The notes under the pieces are model-generated. The model saw only the letters and a list, made by a program, of their open reading frames with translations, ran no database searches and was not told where the DNA came from. Positions 49,595-61,919 of a stretch of DNA of 64,000 nucleotides are shown piece after piece (position 1 is the first letter of the stretch; each line of letters starts with the position of its first letter). The stretch comes from Nemertoderma westbladi. Lineage: Eukaryota > Animalia > Xenacoelomorpha. Position numbers and translations under genes: made by a program. The stretch covers positions 62,001 to 126,000 of the forward strand of contig JAUCBJ010007214.1 of NCBI GenBank assembly GCA_032718475.1, given 5' to 3'.

Positions 49595-50649
49595 GGGGTA
49601 AATCTTTTCGACCTACGCGTAGGCCTACGCGTAGCTACGCGTAGTTTGTAACTTCCATTCCTGTCATTTACCGGTAGGGCCAGACTTACTGCCTTTTTAA
49701 CAACTACGCGTAGGTGTTTTAAAACTACGCGTAGTTATTTTGGAACTACGCGTAGGTATTTTGAAACTACGCGTAGGTGCTACGCGTAGCTACGCGTAGG
49801 TGCTACGCGTAGCAGTCCTGATAACAATGATTTTTCATTTCAGGTCCGGTAAGGTTGAGTTGTTAGGCAAGTATCGGTATATGTCAGGTATCTGATTATC
49901 AGATAAAGGAATAACAGAATCGGAAACTCATATCTCTACATACAGCACTGGTAATAAATAATATTCGGCTCTTTCACATACAAACACAGGATGAATAAAA
50001 AGTAGACTTAAAATTCACGTCTCATGATTCAAGTATCTTTGTTTCCATTGGATTATTGAAATATTCTACAGTAGTAAGCTACCAATCTACCAGTGAAGCT
50101 GATAAATACTGCATAAAATTCAATTGTTTGGTCAAATAACAAGTGCAACCAATCATGGTAGACAATTTAGCCTCCCCCACCCCCTTCCCTTGTTAAGGGG
50201 TTAACATATTAAATATATCCTTGCCCTATCGTGAACACAGGCAATAAAAAGCATAGAGAATCGATAAGAACCATCGGCCTATTTCCTTTGTAAACTATTT
50301 TTGAACTCTAAACATTATTACCGGTAACACATTTTAGCACCCGCAACGCATGAAGTGAAGAGTAGTCTTAGCGTATTCCTCTATATAGAGTATACAGGTA
50401 TAGGATGCATTACTGTTTAAAGCATTTGATGGTTGTGGGTTGTTTATTGAACATACCGTATGGTCTTATTTTAATACTGAACCGCTTGGAATACGTTGGC
50501 CTACTAATGATAAACGACATAGTTATGGGTAGGACCTACGCGTAGTTATACGTAGCACCTACGCGTAGTTAATGCTAAAACTCTGAAACTGGTGATACTG
50601 TATATGACCCAATGTTGCGAACTACGCGTAGGTCGAAAAGATTTACCCC
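49595..50649. mobile_element. Non-autonomous DNA transposon (MITE) with 28-bp TIRs and 6-bp TSD
   Basis: GGGGTAAATCTTTTCGACCTACGCGTAG and its reverse complement. AGACAA on both sides. About 13 subterminal CTACGCGTAG palindromes. Confidence 0.92.
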
Positions 50650-50843
50650 AGACAAGTATTGATTAAATGAATGGATGGTTCCCGCGGGAAATTTGAAGGG
50701 ATAAAAGCAGTGCTACTAGCATATTGCTGTATTGTCCTTTCGGGTGGATTTTATCCCCCCTAATACCGATGTTAGTCGGTTACTTAGCGATAGTGAAGTA
50801 AAAGTAAAGTGATCGGTGAACGTGGAGGCTACCATAAAGGCTC

Positions 50844-50937
50844 ATCTCCCTTGGCTGTTGCCTCTTAGGCTGGGGAGGGCGCCATACACTATCTCCCTTG
50901 GCTGTTGCCTCTTAGCTGGGGAGGGCGCCATACACTG
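50844..50937. repeat. 47-bp direct duplication
   Basis: atctcccttggctgttgcctctta(g)gctggggagggcgccatacact occurs twice. Confidence 0.9.
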
Positions 50938-51250
50938 TACAGTCACTGTACAGTCACTGTACAGTCACTGTACAGTGACTGTACAGTGACTGTACAGTGA
51001 CTGTACAGTGACTACAGGTGACTGTACAGTGACTACAGGTGACTGTACAGTGACTACAGGTGACTGTACAGTGACTGTACAGTGACTGTACAGTGACTGT
51101 ACAGTCACTGTACAGTGACTGTACAGTGACTACAGGTGACTGTACAGTGACTACAGGTGACTGTACAGTGACTACAGGTGACTGTACAGTGACTACAGGT
51201 GACTGTACAGTGACTGTACAGTGACTGTACAGTGACTGTACAGTGACTAC
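50934..51250. repeat. Minisatellite of 10/11-bp units built on the palindrome ACTGTACAGT
   Basis: tgtacagtcac, tgtacagtgac and tacaggtgac units. Confidence 0.9.
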
Positions 51251-51299
51251 TGCTGTACGTGTCTATTCTGCCTCCCCAATGACAAATGGTTTGGGACAC

Positions 51300-52015
51300 C
51301 TGAACCGAGACCCCTTATCATCATCGCTGCCAATGATATACCGATTCGCACGTGCAATCCCACAACTTCTACAGTAAGGGACTGATTATTCACACAGGTA
51401 TACCGCGCAACTGCGGTAGTGATTTCGTTGCAACCAACCATCTCGCTATCAATGTTGGTGGACGCAGACTCCCGGATCTCCATCATACAGTATGTCCATT
51501 ATTCCATCAAGCATGATTAAATCACCCGGACAACCTTCATTGTTCTAGGCCTACACCTTGTTGACATGCCCCTAGGAGATGGGACTGGTCCCAGGTCCCA
51601 GCCTTATCTGCGAGGTTTCTATGAACCATGTTGTTGCTCCCTGTTGTTCCCCACGAATGGAACATAAGAATCTTCGATGCCATCCAATGGTCTGACCCAT
51701 ACTGGCCCTCGCCAAAAACATTTCGCAATCTCATCCAGGTTTGTCTAGCACCATATGAAAGCGGACGTGCGTAATTGGGCCCAGGAGTGCCACGCCAGTC
51801 ATAGTAAGATTATCTACCATGTCGCTACCCTCTCAAGCACCATCCAGCCCCACAGATCATCAAAACAAGAGTCTCCATGTTGACCTCATTGGGCCCTACT
51901 GGAATCAGTACGAAAACACTATTTACCATCACTGACCGAGTTTCACTCAGGGCCCCTGGAAGATGCGACGTCTGAGATTCTTTATCCGGTTCTGGTTAAC
52001 TAGGTTTGGTATCCC
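51300..52015 (+). pseudogene. Heavily decayed Gypsy-type pol relic (RNase H end, integrase HHCC and core start)
   Basis: Fragments RIFDAI..LTHTG, ISSRFV.HHMKADVRNWAQECH, HVDLIGPL and LFTITDRV, read across frameshifts. Confidence 0.7.
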
Positions 52016-52457
52016 AGAAATTTAGGAAAGCAAAGAAATTTAGGGGGTTTTCACAGTTTTGTCACAATTTCACCTCTCTATGTCGCTAACCATTCCATTC
52101 CATATATTTAAATGATATGATATTATACTGTAGATCTCGATTTTCAACTCGTTTTATATGCTGATGAAATCGTTCTTATTTTCTATCGTAAGGTAGAGAG
52201 TCCTGTGATGATTTATTGGGTGATTAAGGGAGGGACAGTTAAAAGCGAAATAATACATGGCTTATTTTATTATTCTATACTAGGGCTTATACTGTATTAT
52301 TTATTCATATTCAAATACAGCACATAAAGGATATTGAGGATATTACTAATCTACATTATAATCGTTGAAACCAAAGTTTACAACAGAACGCTATTCCCGC
52401 CGATTATTAGCATTTACTTTCTGAAATATTTAATTCGTTTCCCACCGATGTTCGATT

Positions 52458-52865
52458 TTACTGTTTTGAGTCTCTGTCCGTCGTCATATTTTGCTCTTGT
52501 GCCAACTCAACTGCGCTTCCTTCTTTTTCTAGTTTAGAAATAAAAAACCCTCTTGTTTCTTTTTCCGGAATATGTGAACCTGTTGTCACTTGTGCTGGAA
52601 CATCTTCGTCGATTAGTGACCTTGTTTCAACTAAATCCTGTATAGTTTTAGCGATGATTTCTTCAACTATCTTTGGTGTTCCCACGTCGTAATACAAAAA
52701 CAAGAATAGCACAGCTAATATTGATTTGTAATGGTAATTGTAGTCTATCCCGAAGGATTTCATACAGTCCACCAATTCCCTCTTTATTGCGGCCATCCAC
52801 AACGTTGGTGTTTTTCTGAGGCCCAACGGCGTCTCTTTACGAAATTTCTTTACCAAATCTTTCAT
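52458..52865 (-). CDS. Orphan ORF, 135 aa, unknown
   Basis: Open frame with protein-like composition amid AT-rich DNA. No motif recognised. Confidence 0.3.
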   Translation of the reverse strand: MKDLVKKFRKETPLGLRKTPTLWMAAIKRELVDCMKSFGIDYNYHYKSILAVLFLFLYYDVGTPKIVEEIIAKTIQDLVETRSLIDEDVPAQVTTGSHIPEKETRGFFISKLEKEGSAVELAQEQNMTTDRDSKQ

Positions 52866-53096
52866 CTCGGATTTCCAACTGTTGCTGCTTCAGAATTTTG
52901 GGTAATTTTGTTTCTAGTCCGTTTGCCATTTGCGATCCAATATTGAAAAATAAGTTCAGAATAAGAAAATAAGAAATATCCAAAATAAGAAAAATAAAAA
53001 AATAACTAAATTTAGCTTATGACATGCAACTACTACTGTGTAAAATACGCAGTAGCGTTCTTTTTGGAACATCAACATTTATTTTAATGTTTCTTA

Positions 53097-53877
53097 AGGC
53101 CTGTCTGTTTACACGTGTCAACTTTTAGAGCAACTCGCAACTTTTTTTGGAGCAACATAAGGCCGGAGTACCCCCCCCCCCCCCCTGGTCAAAATTTCAA
53201 ATGTCTGTTTACTATGTACTCTAGAGCAGAAATTAATGAGTATTTCCAAATCTGAAAACCGCTTAGCGAAACCTCTTTTAGTTGTCTAGTTAAAAGGCAT
53301 GGGATGGATATAATACGTGTATAAAATAAATAAAATATTTTTTTTAATTGTGATATTTCAATTAAATTATCATGATAGCTAGTAAAATTTATGGTAGCTA
53401 ATAAATAATAAAAGCAATGATAAATGTAACTTTCACAAGAAATTTTTTTTTTCAAATTTTCAATTTTTATTGTTTCACTAGCTAATAAAAAGTACAAGAT
53501 AACACAAAATCAAAATTTCTAGCTACAATCTTACTGTCAAAAGGTGAAATGTTTGTTCTAAAACCAAAACCTCATGATAAAAGCTAATTTTCACAAGAAA
53601 AAAATTGGACTTCTGGATTTCTCTCACAAAAACCGCTTTATCTAATTCTGTTTAATTTAATTTGATTATCCCGCTTTAATTCGCCCACGCAAATTCCTTT
53701 AAGTTGCCTTAAAAGTTGAACAACTTTTACGGCAACTACTTTTTTACGTTTTTACTACGTTTTTTCAGCAACTTACGTGTTTACAGTTACACTAAGTCGG
53801 CAAAACTTCGGCAACATAAGTTGCTCTACAAGTTGCCGAGAAAGGTGCTCTAAAAGTTGCCACGTGTAAAGTGGTCT
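53097..53877. mobile_element. PIF/Harbinger-like MITE with a probable nested insertion (~53161-53699)
   Basis: TIRs ...tttacacgtgtcaacttttagagca / tgctctaaaagttgccacgtgtaaa... TTA at 53094-53096 and 53878-53880. Internal gcaact/agttgc repeats. Confidence 0.7.
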
Positions 53878-54317
53878 TTAGAAACATATTAAAATAAATC
53901 AGTTTACAAGTACATTATGAATTACAACAGGCCTATTGTATCTTTGACGAAGTGGGTAGTGTGACTGTGACGGCAAGACTATGCATAAACACCTGGTGTA
54001 AAAACATTACTGCAACAACACTAATTACGCTAATTAACTACCGGTAATGCTATTCTAACCAAATCAATAAATCGATGAGAGTCAATCATTATAGTATACA
54101 CGATCTTTTGTAGTAGGCCTACATGCTAATTAAGTTTTAACTATACCGGTAATTTCTATGATTTGCCATATGCTTGCAACAGTTGAATTTTGCAGTTGGA
54201 AACTTAAAATTAAAAAAAGATATCAAAAAGCTAATGGGTTTGATATTGCGTAGCATACACGTACAGCGAACTGTAAATGTTAATGGAATGGCGGCTATAC
54301 AGTACGATAAAACATAA

Positions 54318-54907
54318 TTACCCAAACGATGGCGAACATTGTATTTTCGATTCTCTAAGAGGAGTGAAATGTGCCGCTTCCACGTATTCAATAACACCCT
54401 GACCTTGGGGATACCCACCGCTGCTGGCTGGTTCACACGTAGCCGTAGTAGTGCCGCCGAGGTCTGTATCCAAACCTACCAACTCGAGGCAATACGCGGA
54501 TAAATTCAATTGGAATGTATAAAATGGAGCGTTGGTTTCCTCCACAGCAGACTCCTTACGTTTCGCAACCTCATCGATAATTTCTTCTCGAACCTGTTCC
54601 AAATTTTGCGACTTTTTCTCTTTCTTCTCCGCAACGATTCTCTTTACCTCTGTCATACAATCTTGTAATTCGTTTTCGAGGAACTGAGTTATTGTGACCC
54701 GTGAGTCCAGCCCCTTTACCGACATATAACCTCGTAGAACCGAGTACTGCTCACCCCTTAGCGGTGGCATTCCTGTCTGTATTATTTCGTCGAGAATTCT
54801 ATCGGACGCGTTCTTATGCTCAACAGAACCCCCAGCATGATCTCGAAGAATTACTTGGTCTGTCCCAGTATAAACTGTTGTTTACAGCGGCTAATGTGGT
54901 TGAGCTT
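54318..54907 (-). CDS. Orphan ORF (150 aa from ATG 54770; frame open to ~54907), unknown
   Basis: Open frame containing a charged coiled-coil-like stretch. No motif recognised. Confidence 0.3.
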
Positions 54908-54959
54908 TAAATAACTGGTTAACTGCTTTTTTTAGTTAATCATGTATCTTAACAAGCTC

Positions 54960-56427
54960 TAAAACACGTTCGTGGGGCCATCACGCAGGACGAGGCTCAT
55001 TTATTAGATACAGATTAAAATTGAGCAATTCTATCCTAAAATCGGTACTTAAGAAATTTAAATAAATAATTAAGACAATTTAACCAAAACGCCAATAAGA
55101 ATAAATCAAAGAAGAGAGGAAAGCCCCCCCCCCCCCCCCCCCCCCCTGCTTCAACCGCCCTCTTAATCTGCACCACCCCAACCCAAAGGAGCACAAAGGA
55201 TTAATGAAAGGCATAGGTATTAACAGGAAATTAGTGTTTTAAAAGTAATATATTTTTAGGTGCGGAGGCAACCCAATTTGTAAAAATTATTAAAACTTAC
55301 CTTATGCCTATAGTATTGATACTGAAATATTAATTTATCATGTCAATTCCTCAACGAAATCATTTAGCTAATATCTAAAGAATCACCATTAAATTCAGCC
55401 ACTCATTGTGCAAGATAAAGCAAGCAGAGTGGTGAGATGATTGAATTGTGGGGCGAGCGACGAAAGTAAGCGAGCTTAGCATACAGGTACCACTAACTCA
55501 ATCGGTGTGTCTGTTGTTCTGTTGCTCTGTTGTGTCTAATTTTAAACGTTAATAACTCAGCCAAATCTCGACAAAATATATCCAAACTTGGTACATTATG
55601 TAGTCTGGCAAAAGGTTAGAAATTTTCCCAGTTGAATTTTCGTGGGGTCTTTGTGCAGCATCTGGTAACTGTGTTGCAGTTATAATAAATTTATATTGTC
55701 GTTGGCGACCTCGACTTTTGGTATCGCTACTGCGCTAGCGCTACGGGCAAACTGGACTAACCGATGAGCGAGACCCGAGGACTGGAAGAATGCACTTATT
55801 TTTTTGAGTAGTTTGACTGTGGACTTCTGTGACATCTATGCCAAGCTGCCAATGCGAAGTAAAAGTAAAAGTTTGGTTAAATTTTCTTAATTATTTATTT
55901 AAATTTCTTAAGTACAGATTTTGGGATAGAATTGCTCAATTTTAATCTGTATCTAATAACTGACCCTCGTCCTGCGCGATGGCCCCACGAACGTGTTTCG
56001 CAATATCAAGAATGCCAAGGAATGATGGAGCTGGAAGTATAGAGTGATGGAAAGCATTTTAACTTAATTACGTTTAGATCAATTAAAAACACATTTCTTA
56101 AAGCAAATCTCTTGAAATAATTAAAAACTATAATGGAATGGGGTATGGGGAATACAATAAATAATTTTGAAGTATAATTATTTAAATCTTATACTAGAAA
56201 ATAATTAATATCCTTTAAGAGCCAGGTTGAAATTGCTGTTTTTACCCAAATCAACTTAATTAACTAATTAACTGCTATTATCTTAGCTTCTCGAAGGCTA
56301 CACGGAAATTCAACTTGGAAAATTTCTAAACTTTGGCCAGACTATATGTGTAAGGATAACAGACACACCGATTGAGTTAGTGGTACCTGTATGCTAATCT
56401 CGCTTACTTTCGTCGCTCGCCCCACAT
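54960..56427 (-). mobile_element. Helentron-associated (HINE/DINE-like) non-autonomous element, outer copy
   Basis: Its ends (56358-56426 and 54962-55074) are reverse complements of the ends of the inner copy. Sub-TIR GTGGGGC/GCCCCAC. Confidence 0.55.
55446..56000 (+). mobile_element. Same family, inner copy, opposite orientation
   Basis: tgtggggcgagcgacg..., a tctgtt microsatellite, aataactc...ccaaacttggtac, and a 3' end ...atggccccacgaacgtgttt. Confidence 0.6.
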
Positions 56428-56699
56428 GGTAACAGTAGGCCTATCAGTATGCAAACTTCCGTAATAATTTTGATATACTAAGCCTGTAAATTTAGATTCC
56501 AGTAGGCCTACCATACTGTAAATAAAAAATATATATTTACATCATTGTGTGGCGTTATGCCCCGGAGTATATTTATGTACCGAGCGAGCGCAGCGAGGGT
56601 GGTTTACATAAATAAACAAGGGTCTTTAACGTTCTTTCTGTAGAAGCTTCATTGCTATAATTTTCTTAGATATAAATAACCCCTAGCTATAGAAAAACT

Positions 56700-57115
56700 T
56701 CGCCACAGTGTCGACAGTATGCCGATAATATGCTGACTGACACTGTGCCGACAGTGTCGGAGTTACGTTATGCCGACAGTGTCGGCGTTACGTTGTGCCG
56801 ATAATATGCAATTATAATTTTTTAATTCATATTTATCCCAGAAACTGAGATTTCTTTTTCGTGCTGAAATTTTCCATTTTTTTTGAAAATGTTGAAAATT
56901 AAATGAGAAATGATGAGAGGCCCAACGTAGCGCCGACACAGTAGGCACAACGTAGCGCCGACACAGTAGGCACAACGTAACGCCGACACAACGTAACGCC
57001 GACACAACGTAACGTCGAAACGATCGGCACAACGTAACGCCGACACTGTCGGCACAGTGTCAGCATATCATCGGGACACTGTCGGCACAACGTTATGCCG
57101 ACACTGTCGGCTCAG
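56700..57115. repeat. Foldback / MITE-like structure built of gccgaca / tgtcggc units
   Basis: 56740-56802 is the reverse complement of parts of 57023-57110. Internal tandem units acaacgta.cgccgacac. Confidence 0.7.
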
Positions 57116-57356
57116 TCGCGGTACAACGTTTACACCCAAAAACTTATACTTTTGCAATGTTCTAGGAAACATAATCTTCGTGACTTCTAAAGCAACTTCA
57201 ATAAAATATATATTTTTTAATCTTTAAAAAAAAATTCGTTCTAGAACAACAAATATTTGTTTTAGAACATGTTTTCATGCTAAATAATAGATAACATATC
57301 ATAGAACATCTCCAAAAAAAATACCAGTACGGTATTTAAAAATAAAAAAATTAAAC

Positions 57357-57875
57357 TTAAAAAATAAAGGTGCGGATATATTGGGTCAGACCCAGTAAAT
57401 GACCATTTCGTTCCCCTGGGATAGTTAATCCGTACGGACGTACTCCTTTAATCGGCATATTCTTTGTTGTCAAGGCAACTAGCGGTTTATTTTCAGTCCG
57501 CAGCGTGTAGACCTTCGGTCGTACTACCGACTTGCGTCTGCGGTTACCGAAACACAGCGCGTTGCGCTCCATCTCCGTGGCTATCATATCGACGGTGCAG
57601 AAAGTCGCCCGCTCTGTAAAGGTTTTACCCCATTTCTTAAGGAACTTCTGAACTTGTTCCGGCCTTTGTTCCACATCGATAAGATGCGTCATAACGTCGG
57701 ATTTTGGGTTCTTAACGGTGACGTATTTGTCTCTAATGTCGCCTAGCAACCGCCCCCGTTTAGGACGCAACACGTGTCTGGGAGGGGTGGGTTCTTGCTC
57801 GGATTGTGGGTAAATGTTTGGCACTACGGAAAGATAAATTCCGTATTTGTCTTTGGTGTTATTTAAAATCTTCAT
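57357..57875 (-). CDS. Orphan basic ORF, 172 aa, unknown
   Basis: ATG-started open frame, richer in GC and CpG than its flanks. No motif recognised. Confidence 0.4.
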   Translation of the reverse strand: MKILNNTKDKYGIYLSVVPNIYPQSEQEPTPPRHVLRPKRGRLLGDIRDKYVTVKNPKSDVMTHLIDVEQRPEQVQKFLKKWGKTFTERATFCTVDMIATEMERNALCFGNRRRKSVVRPKVYTLRTENKPLVALTTKNMPIKGVRPYGLTIPGERNGHLLGLTQYIRTFIF

Positions 57876-59769
57876 TTGATTTTGAGGTGACCCAAATTCT
57901 TTGTATTTTTTAATTACGTAAGAACACTATTTAGCTGCTTACTGAAAAACATCGGGGTTAACGACATTACATTAAGTAAAACTACGACCTACAGTATGTA
58001 AGTTAAATGTAATTAAATGGGTTATAAAATTATTTGCTTAAAGATAACTACAATTATCTAGTTACCATGGAATTACATTGAATAACGCTTCCCAAACTTA
58101 CCTCTAATAATATAAATACAAATAATAATGAAATGGAAAACATTCAATTTAGTCCGGCAGCCACAATGGTATACCGAAACTTTTTGGACGGATTCAATTT
58201 TTTTTATGTTTTGAGTTCTATAGGTCCCAATTAATGAGGAAATGGCGATTATAACATTTTTGACTTTGGGCATTTTGAAATAACGACCTAGTTGCTAAGG
58301 ACCACGTAATTCTCATTTAAAGCATAGCAACTGCAAAACAGCATGTCATAATGGATTGAAATCTTCTACAAAGTCAATATAGTTTATTTACGAAATAATG
58401 ACAATATCTTTTGACTGATTGTTAGATCCAGTTGCTATGGGGACGGCATTCAAGTTTAGTGTTGCGATTTCAAAAGACTTTAATTATACAATTAGTTATA
58501 AAATATGCACCAAAGTTAGTTAGTTAAATTATGTTTATTTTATTAGCGTGGCCTTTCTGTAACTTTAGACAAGGTTAAGAATCTAAATTGGGCTGATATT
58601 TATTTCCCAACCTGACAGATTTGAGTGTTAACATAATTATTAAAGACAACAAATTTCAGCGATTATAACATTTAGGTGATGTTTCTACGGTAACTATATT
58701 TGTTATTTCCAGTTTAGCTCCTTTCTACTGTACTGTGCATCTTATTTTATTGTACCCGTATTCATAAATCGATACCGTAAGGGATAGTACAGATAAAGTG
58801 CATAAGTACCTTACAGTAGCAAAGTAGATTTAGAGTGGATTCTACTGTACAGTATAGTATGTTCCTGTGTTCCAACGTACGATATATATAATAATATTTA
58901 TAATATACCAAATTTTGAGTTGGGTACTACAGTACTTTTTCTTGGGTGACCATTTCGATATGGAGAATTGGGTTTGGAATTCATAACTAATGATGATCAT
59001 TAGTTATGATTATTAGTTATTGATCATTAGTTAGGCCTATGATTTATCAATGAGTTAGGCATCACATTTAGTGTTTTCTTCATGGAATATCTAGTGAGAT
59101 TCCAGGTCTCTGCATTTAAATGGGACTTGTTCTATAGAAAATTGATATACTCGTAGTTTCTTATATGGAATTATTTTTCATTGACATGAAAATGTCATTA
59201 GCTTGTTCTAGAAAATTGACATTGTTTTTTGATATTGAAATTGACATTGAAATTGACAGTAACTATTGTATCTGGTAAAAAAAATAGCTAGTAAAATCTC
59301 GAAACTTGATCATATTTAAAAGTCAATAGATAAAATGGGGTTAACGGGCCGGTAACTACATAGTTAACGGGTCGGGACTAGAGTCATCCGACTCCCTTAC
59401 AGGTTGACAGGAGTTTACCTAGGTAATGCCAAGCAAACTACAGTATAAACGAATTTAAGTTCCATGAATTGTAAGAAATCCACGCATTCACTAGCTATGC
59501 TAATAACCCAACCAAACAGGAATATTGAACCTACCTTATCACATGTGGATGAAGCGGATCATTCTATACTGAGATTGACCAAAAAGGAAATGTCAAAAGA
59601 ACTAGATTATGACAGATATCAAGAGTTATACTGGTATTTCAAACCCGGTTTAATGCCTTGCCATTAAAAGTTTTGGCGGGGTCTGCTATTGGTCTACATC
59701 GAGCTAAATGTATTGACCATGAGTTCCTCAAAGATGTCACTATGTAATTTGGTATTTTCCTGTTCAGTA

Positions 59770-60691
59770 CGGTGGACTTACATTAGGGGGGATGCATACA
59801 TTAATGAGTTTCATTGGAACCATAGGAAGTTTAATGGTTGAAACCGGCCTCTCTGAAGTGCATCGTGTGTATTTTGGCGGTGTTGCGAAGATGTGATCTG
59901 GGAAAAAGTTTCCACAGAACATGCGCGCTATGCGCATTTTCGCAGATAAATATTCTATATTTGTTCTATTATTACATTTTTATATGAGGGAAAGTACAGG
60001 TATAACCAATTCAATTTTCATAAAATCCCCATTAAAAAACCGTACCGCAGTAACAGACGTGGGCGATACAGTAAAAATGCATCGCGGTATCATAGGAAAT
60101 CTTTTGGGAGGCCATGCATTATCTGTGTGAGAAACGGTTGTGAGTATGTTTGAGATTGGCAAAGCGAAAGTCATCAAGGCTTTGGATAAAGGACTCACTC
60201 TTACTTGTTTGGGAGATATGGAAGCACCGCAATATACAGTCTTAATGGAATGTACTAACTTTATAACTGACTGGCGTGACTGCTACGGATATGACACAGA
60301 CAACATGACCCAGTCACGACAAAAGGTGTGCACAGAAAAAACAATTACCAGCTGTGCAAAGCTGCAAACAATACCACCAACCACTGACTCTTTCTCAGAG
60401 AACGTGAAAAGGGCCCATTTGCAAGTAAAGGTGTGGAAGAACACAATGGAAATTAGACCACCTAGTGTAGACCCCAGAGAATATGGGTGGATAATAGCTA
60501 ACAATCAACTTTCCCCAATTGCAATCCCTGAGGGCATACCACCAGCTCCGGAATGCATTTTGCAATTAATTCGGTGTAAATGTTCATCAAAAATCCCATG
60601 TAAATCGCAGAAGTGCACCTGCAGAAAAAACCAACCTGATTGCACAGAATTTTGCAACTGCAATAATGATTCATGCGCAAACTTTTCGTAA
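59770..60691 (+). pseudogene. Academ transposase fragments (XPG-like region + Cys cluster)
   Basis: LGGMHTLMSFIGTIGSLM, GKKFPQNMRAMR, HALS...IGK, IPPT...KRAHLQV.VW, P..YGW, PAPE.ILQLIRCKC...CTCRK...CT.FC.C. Confidence 0.85.
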
Positions 60692-60885
60692 TCTCATATT
60701 GTATTATAATCAAACAATGAATAATATAAAATGCATAGTCTCCATATTCGCCATGCATTAAATAAATTTTGTATATTTAGTATTAAAAAATTGTTATAAA
60801 CAAGCGAGTCAATGGCGCGAAATGACCGCAAACACAAAATAAATTTTAGTGGGTTTTAAAAATTGGTTTAATTTAATTAAAAACA

Positions 60886-60945
60886 TTAAGGGAAAGGAGC
60901 AGGTTACAGTGGCGATGTTTTCTAACCAAAACAATAAACTATGCA
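60886..60945 (+). repeat. DNA-transposon end fragment (TTAA-GG, Kolobok-like), copy 2, inside Academ
   Basis: Matches 3664-3725. Confidence 0.45.
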
Positions 60946-61854
60946 TTATTTCATTGCGGTCAATTAGCGCTGAAGATCACTATTTTCACTTGCGGTCAAA
61001 GTGCGCCACTATCTGAAACAAGCAGGAAACAAATTGTTTATATATACATTTTAAAGTAATAATTTTTTGTCAAGGTTTTAAATGCTTCCGATGTGATGTC
61101 CGCAATAAATTACTGTGGTTTCCATGAATACGGGTATTTGTTGCTAAACATATTTCTACACAAAATTGATGTGGTGCATATTAATTAGGGAAACATATTA
61201 TTAATAAAGTGCACAGACGAAACAAAAAACACATGAGTGTCAGTAGGCATAGTAGTTTTTCCTTGGAAAGATAGAGCGATAGTTGTAGTGCCTTCGTTAC
61301 CATAACAACATTTCAATAGTATCTCTAAAATTTTCATATTTTCGATCAAAATTACAACCAGTTCAAGCCCACCAGTTAATCGCCATTCTGATTGCTAAGC
61401 TTTCAAAGAAATTGCTGTAGTCCATAGAAACGGTTCATTAATTCAAATTTCCCAAGGTGTCAAAGTCCATAAATCACTTTTTTACGTTAAGAGGGACCCC
61501 CTAGACACCAAAACATCCAAAAAATGTAATCCGTCCAAAAATTTTCGGTTGGGCCAAAAAGAGGTACGTGGCTGCCGGACTAATTCAATGTCATTGATTG
61601 AATGAAAATTTTATAACAAAAACGTACACCTACCAAAAATGGCAATTATTAAATGCCAAAAAAGACGGTAAATATTTTATTTATTTGTGTGGAATTAATT
61701 TCGCACTTCATTAGTTATTCGCCTGTGCGATATTATTTCTCATTAAGTCCCTACGCCATACATCTACTCTAGTATGTCACCGAGTCATTCTAAATATTCG
61801 AATACACACACACTATTTCACAATTACATGTACCTAATATTTCTAAAATAATGA

Positions 61855-61919
61855 GATGGGTGAGATTCGAACCAACGGCCCCTACATTCACGATCCAACG
61901 TGTTATACACTACGCTACT
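61855..61919 (-). repeat. tRNA-derived SINE head / pseudo-tRNA
   Basis: A box TAGCGTAGTGT and B box GGTTCGAATCT at tRNA spacing. The stems pair poorly. Confidence 0.5.

Larger units (their letters stand above)
58150..61582 (+). mobile_element. Academ DNA transposon, internally deleted and decayed
   Basis: TIR TAGTCCGGCAGCCAC / GTGGCTGCCGGACTA with imperfect extension over ~150 bp, 3-bp TSD ATT, and transposase fragments. Confidence 0.85.

Noticed and set aside
61855-61919. Functional tRNA gene (also 47392-47440)
   Set aside because: A/B boxes are present, but the acceptor and anticodon stems do not pair.
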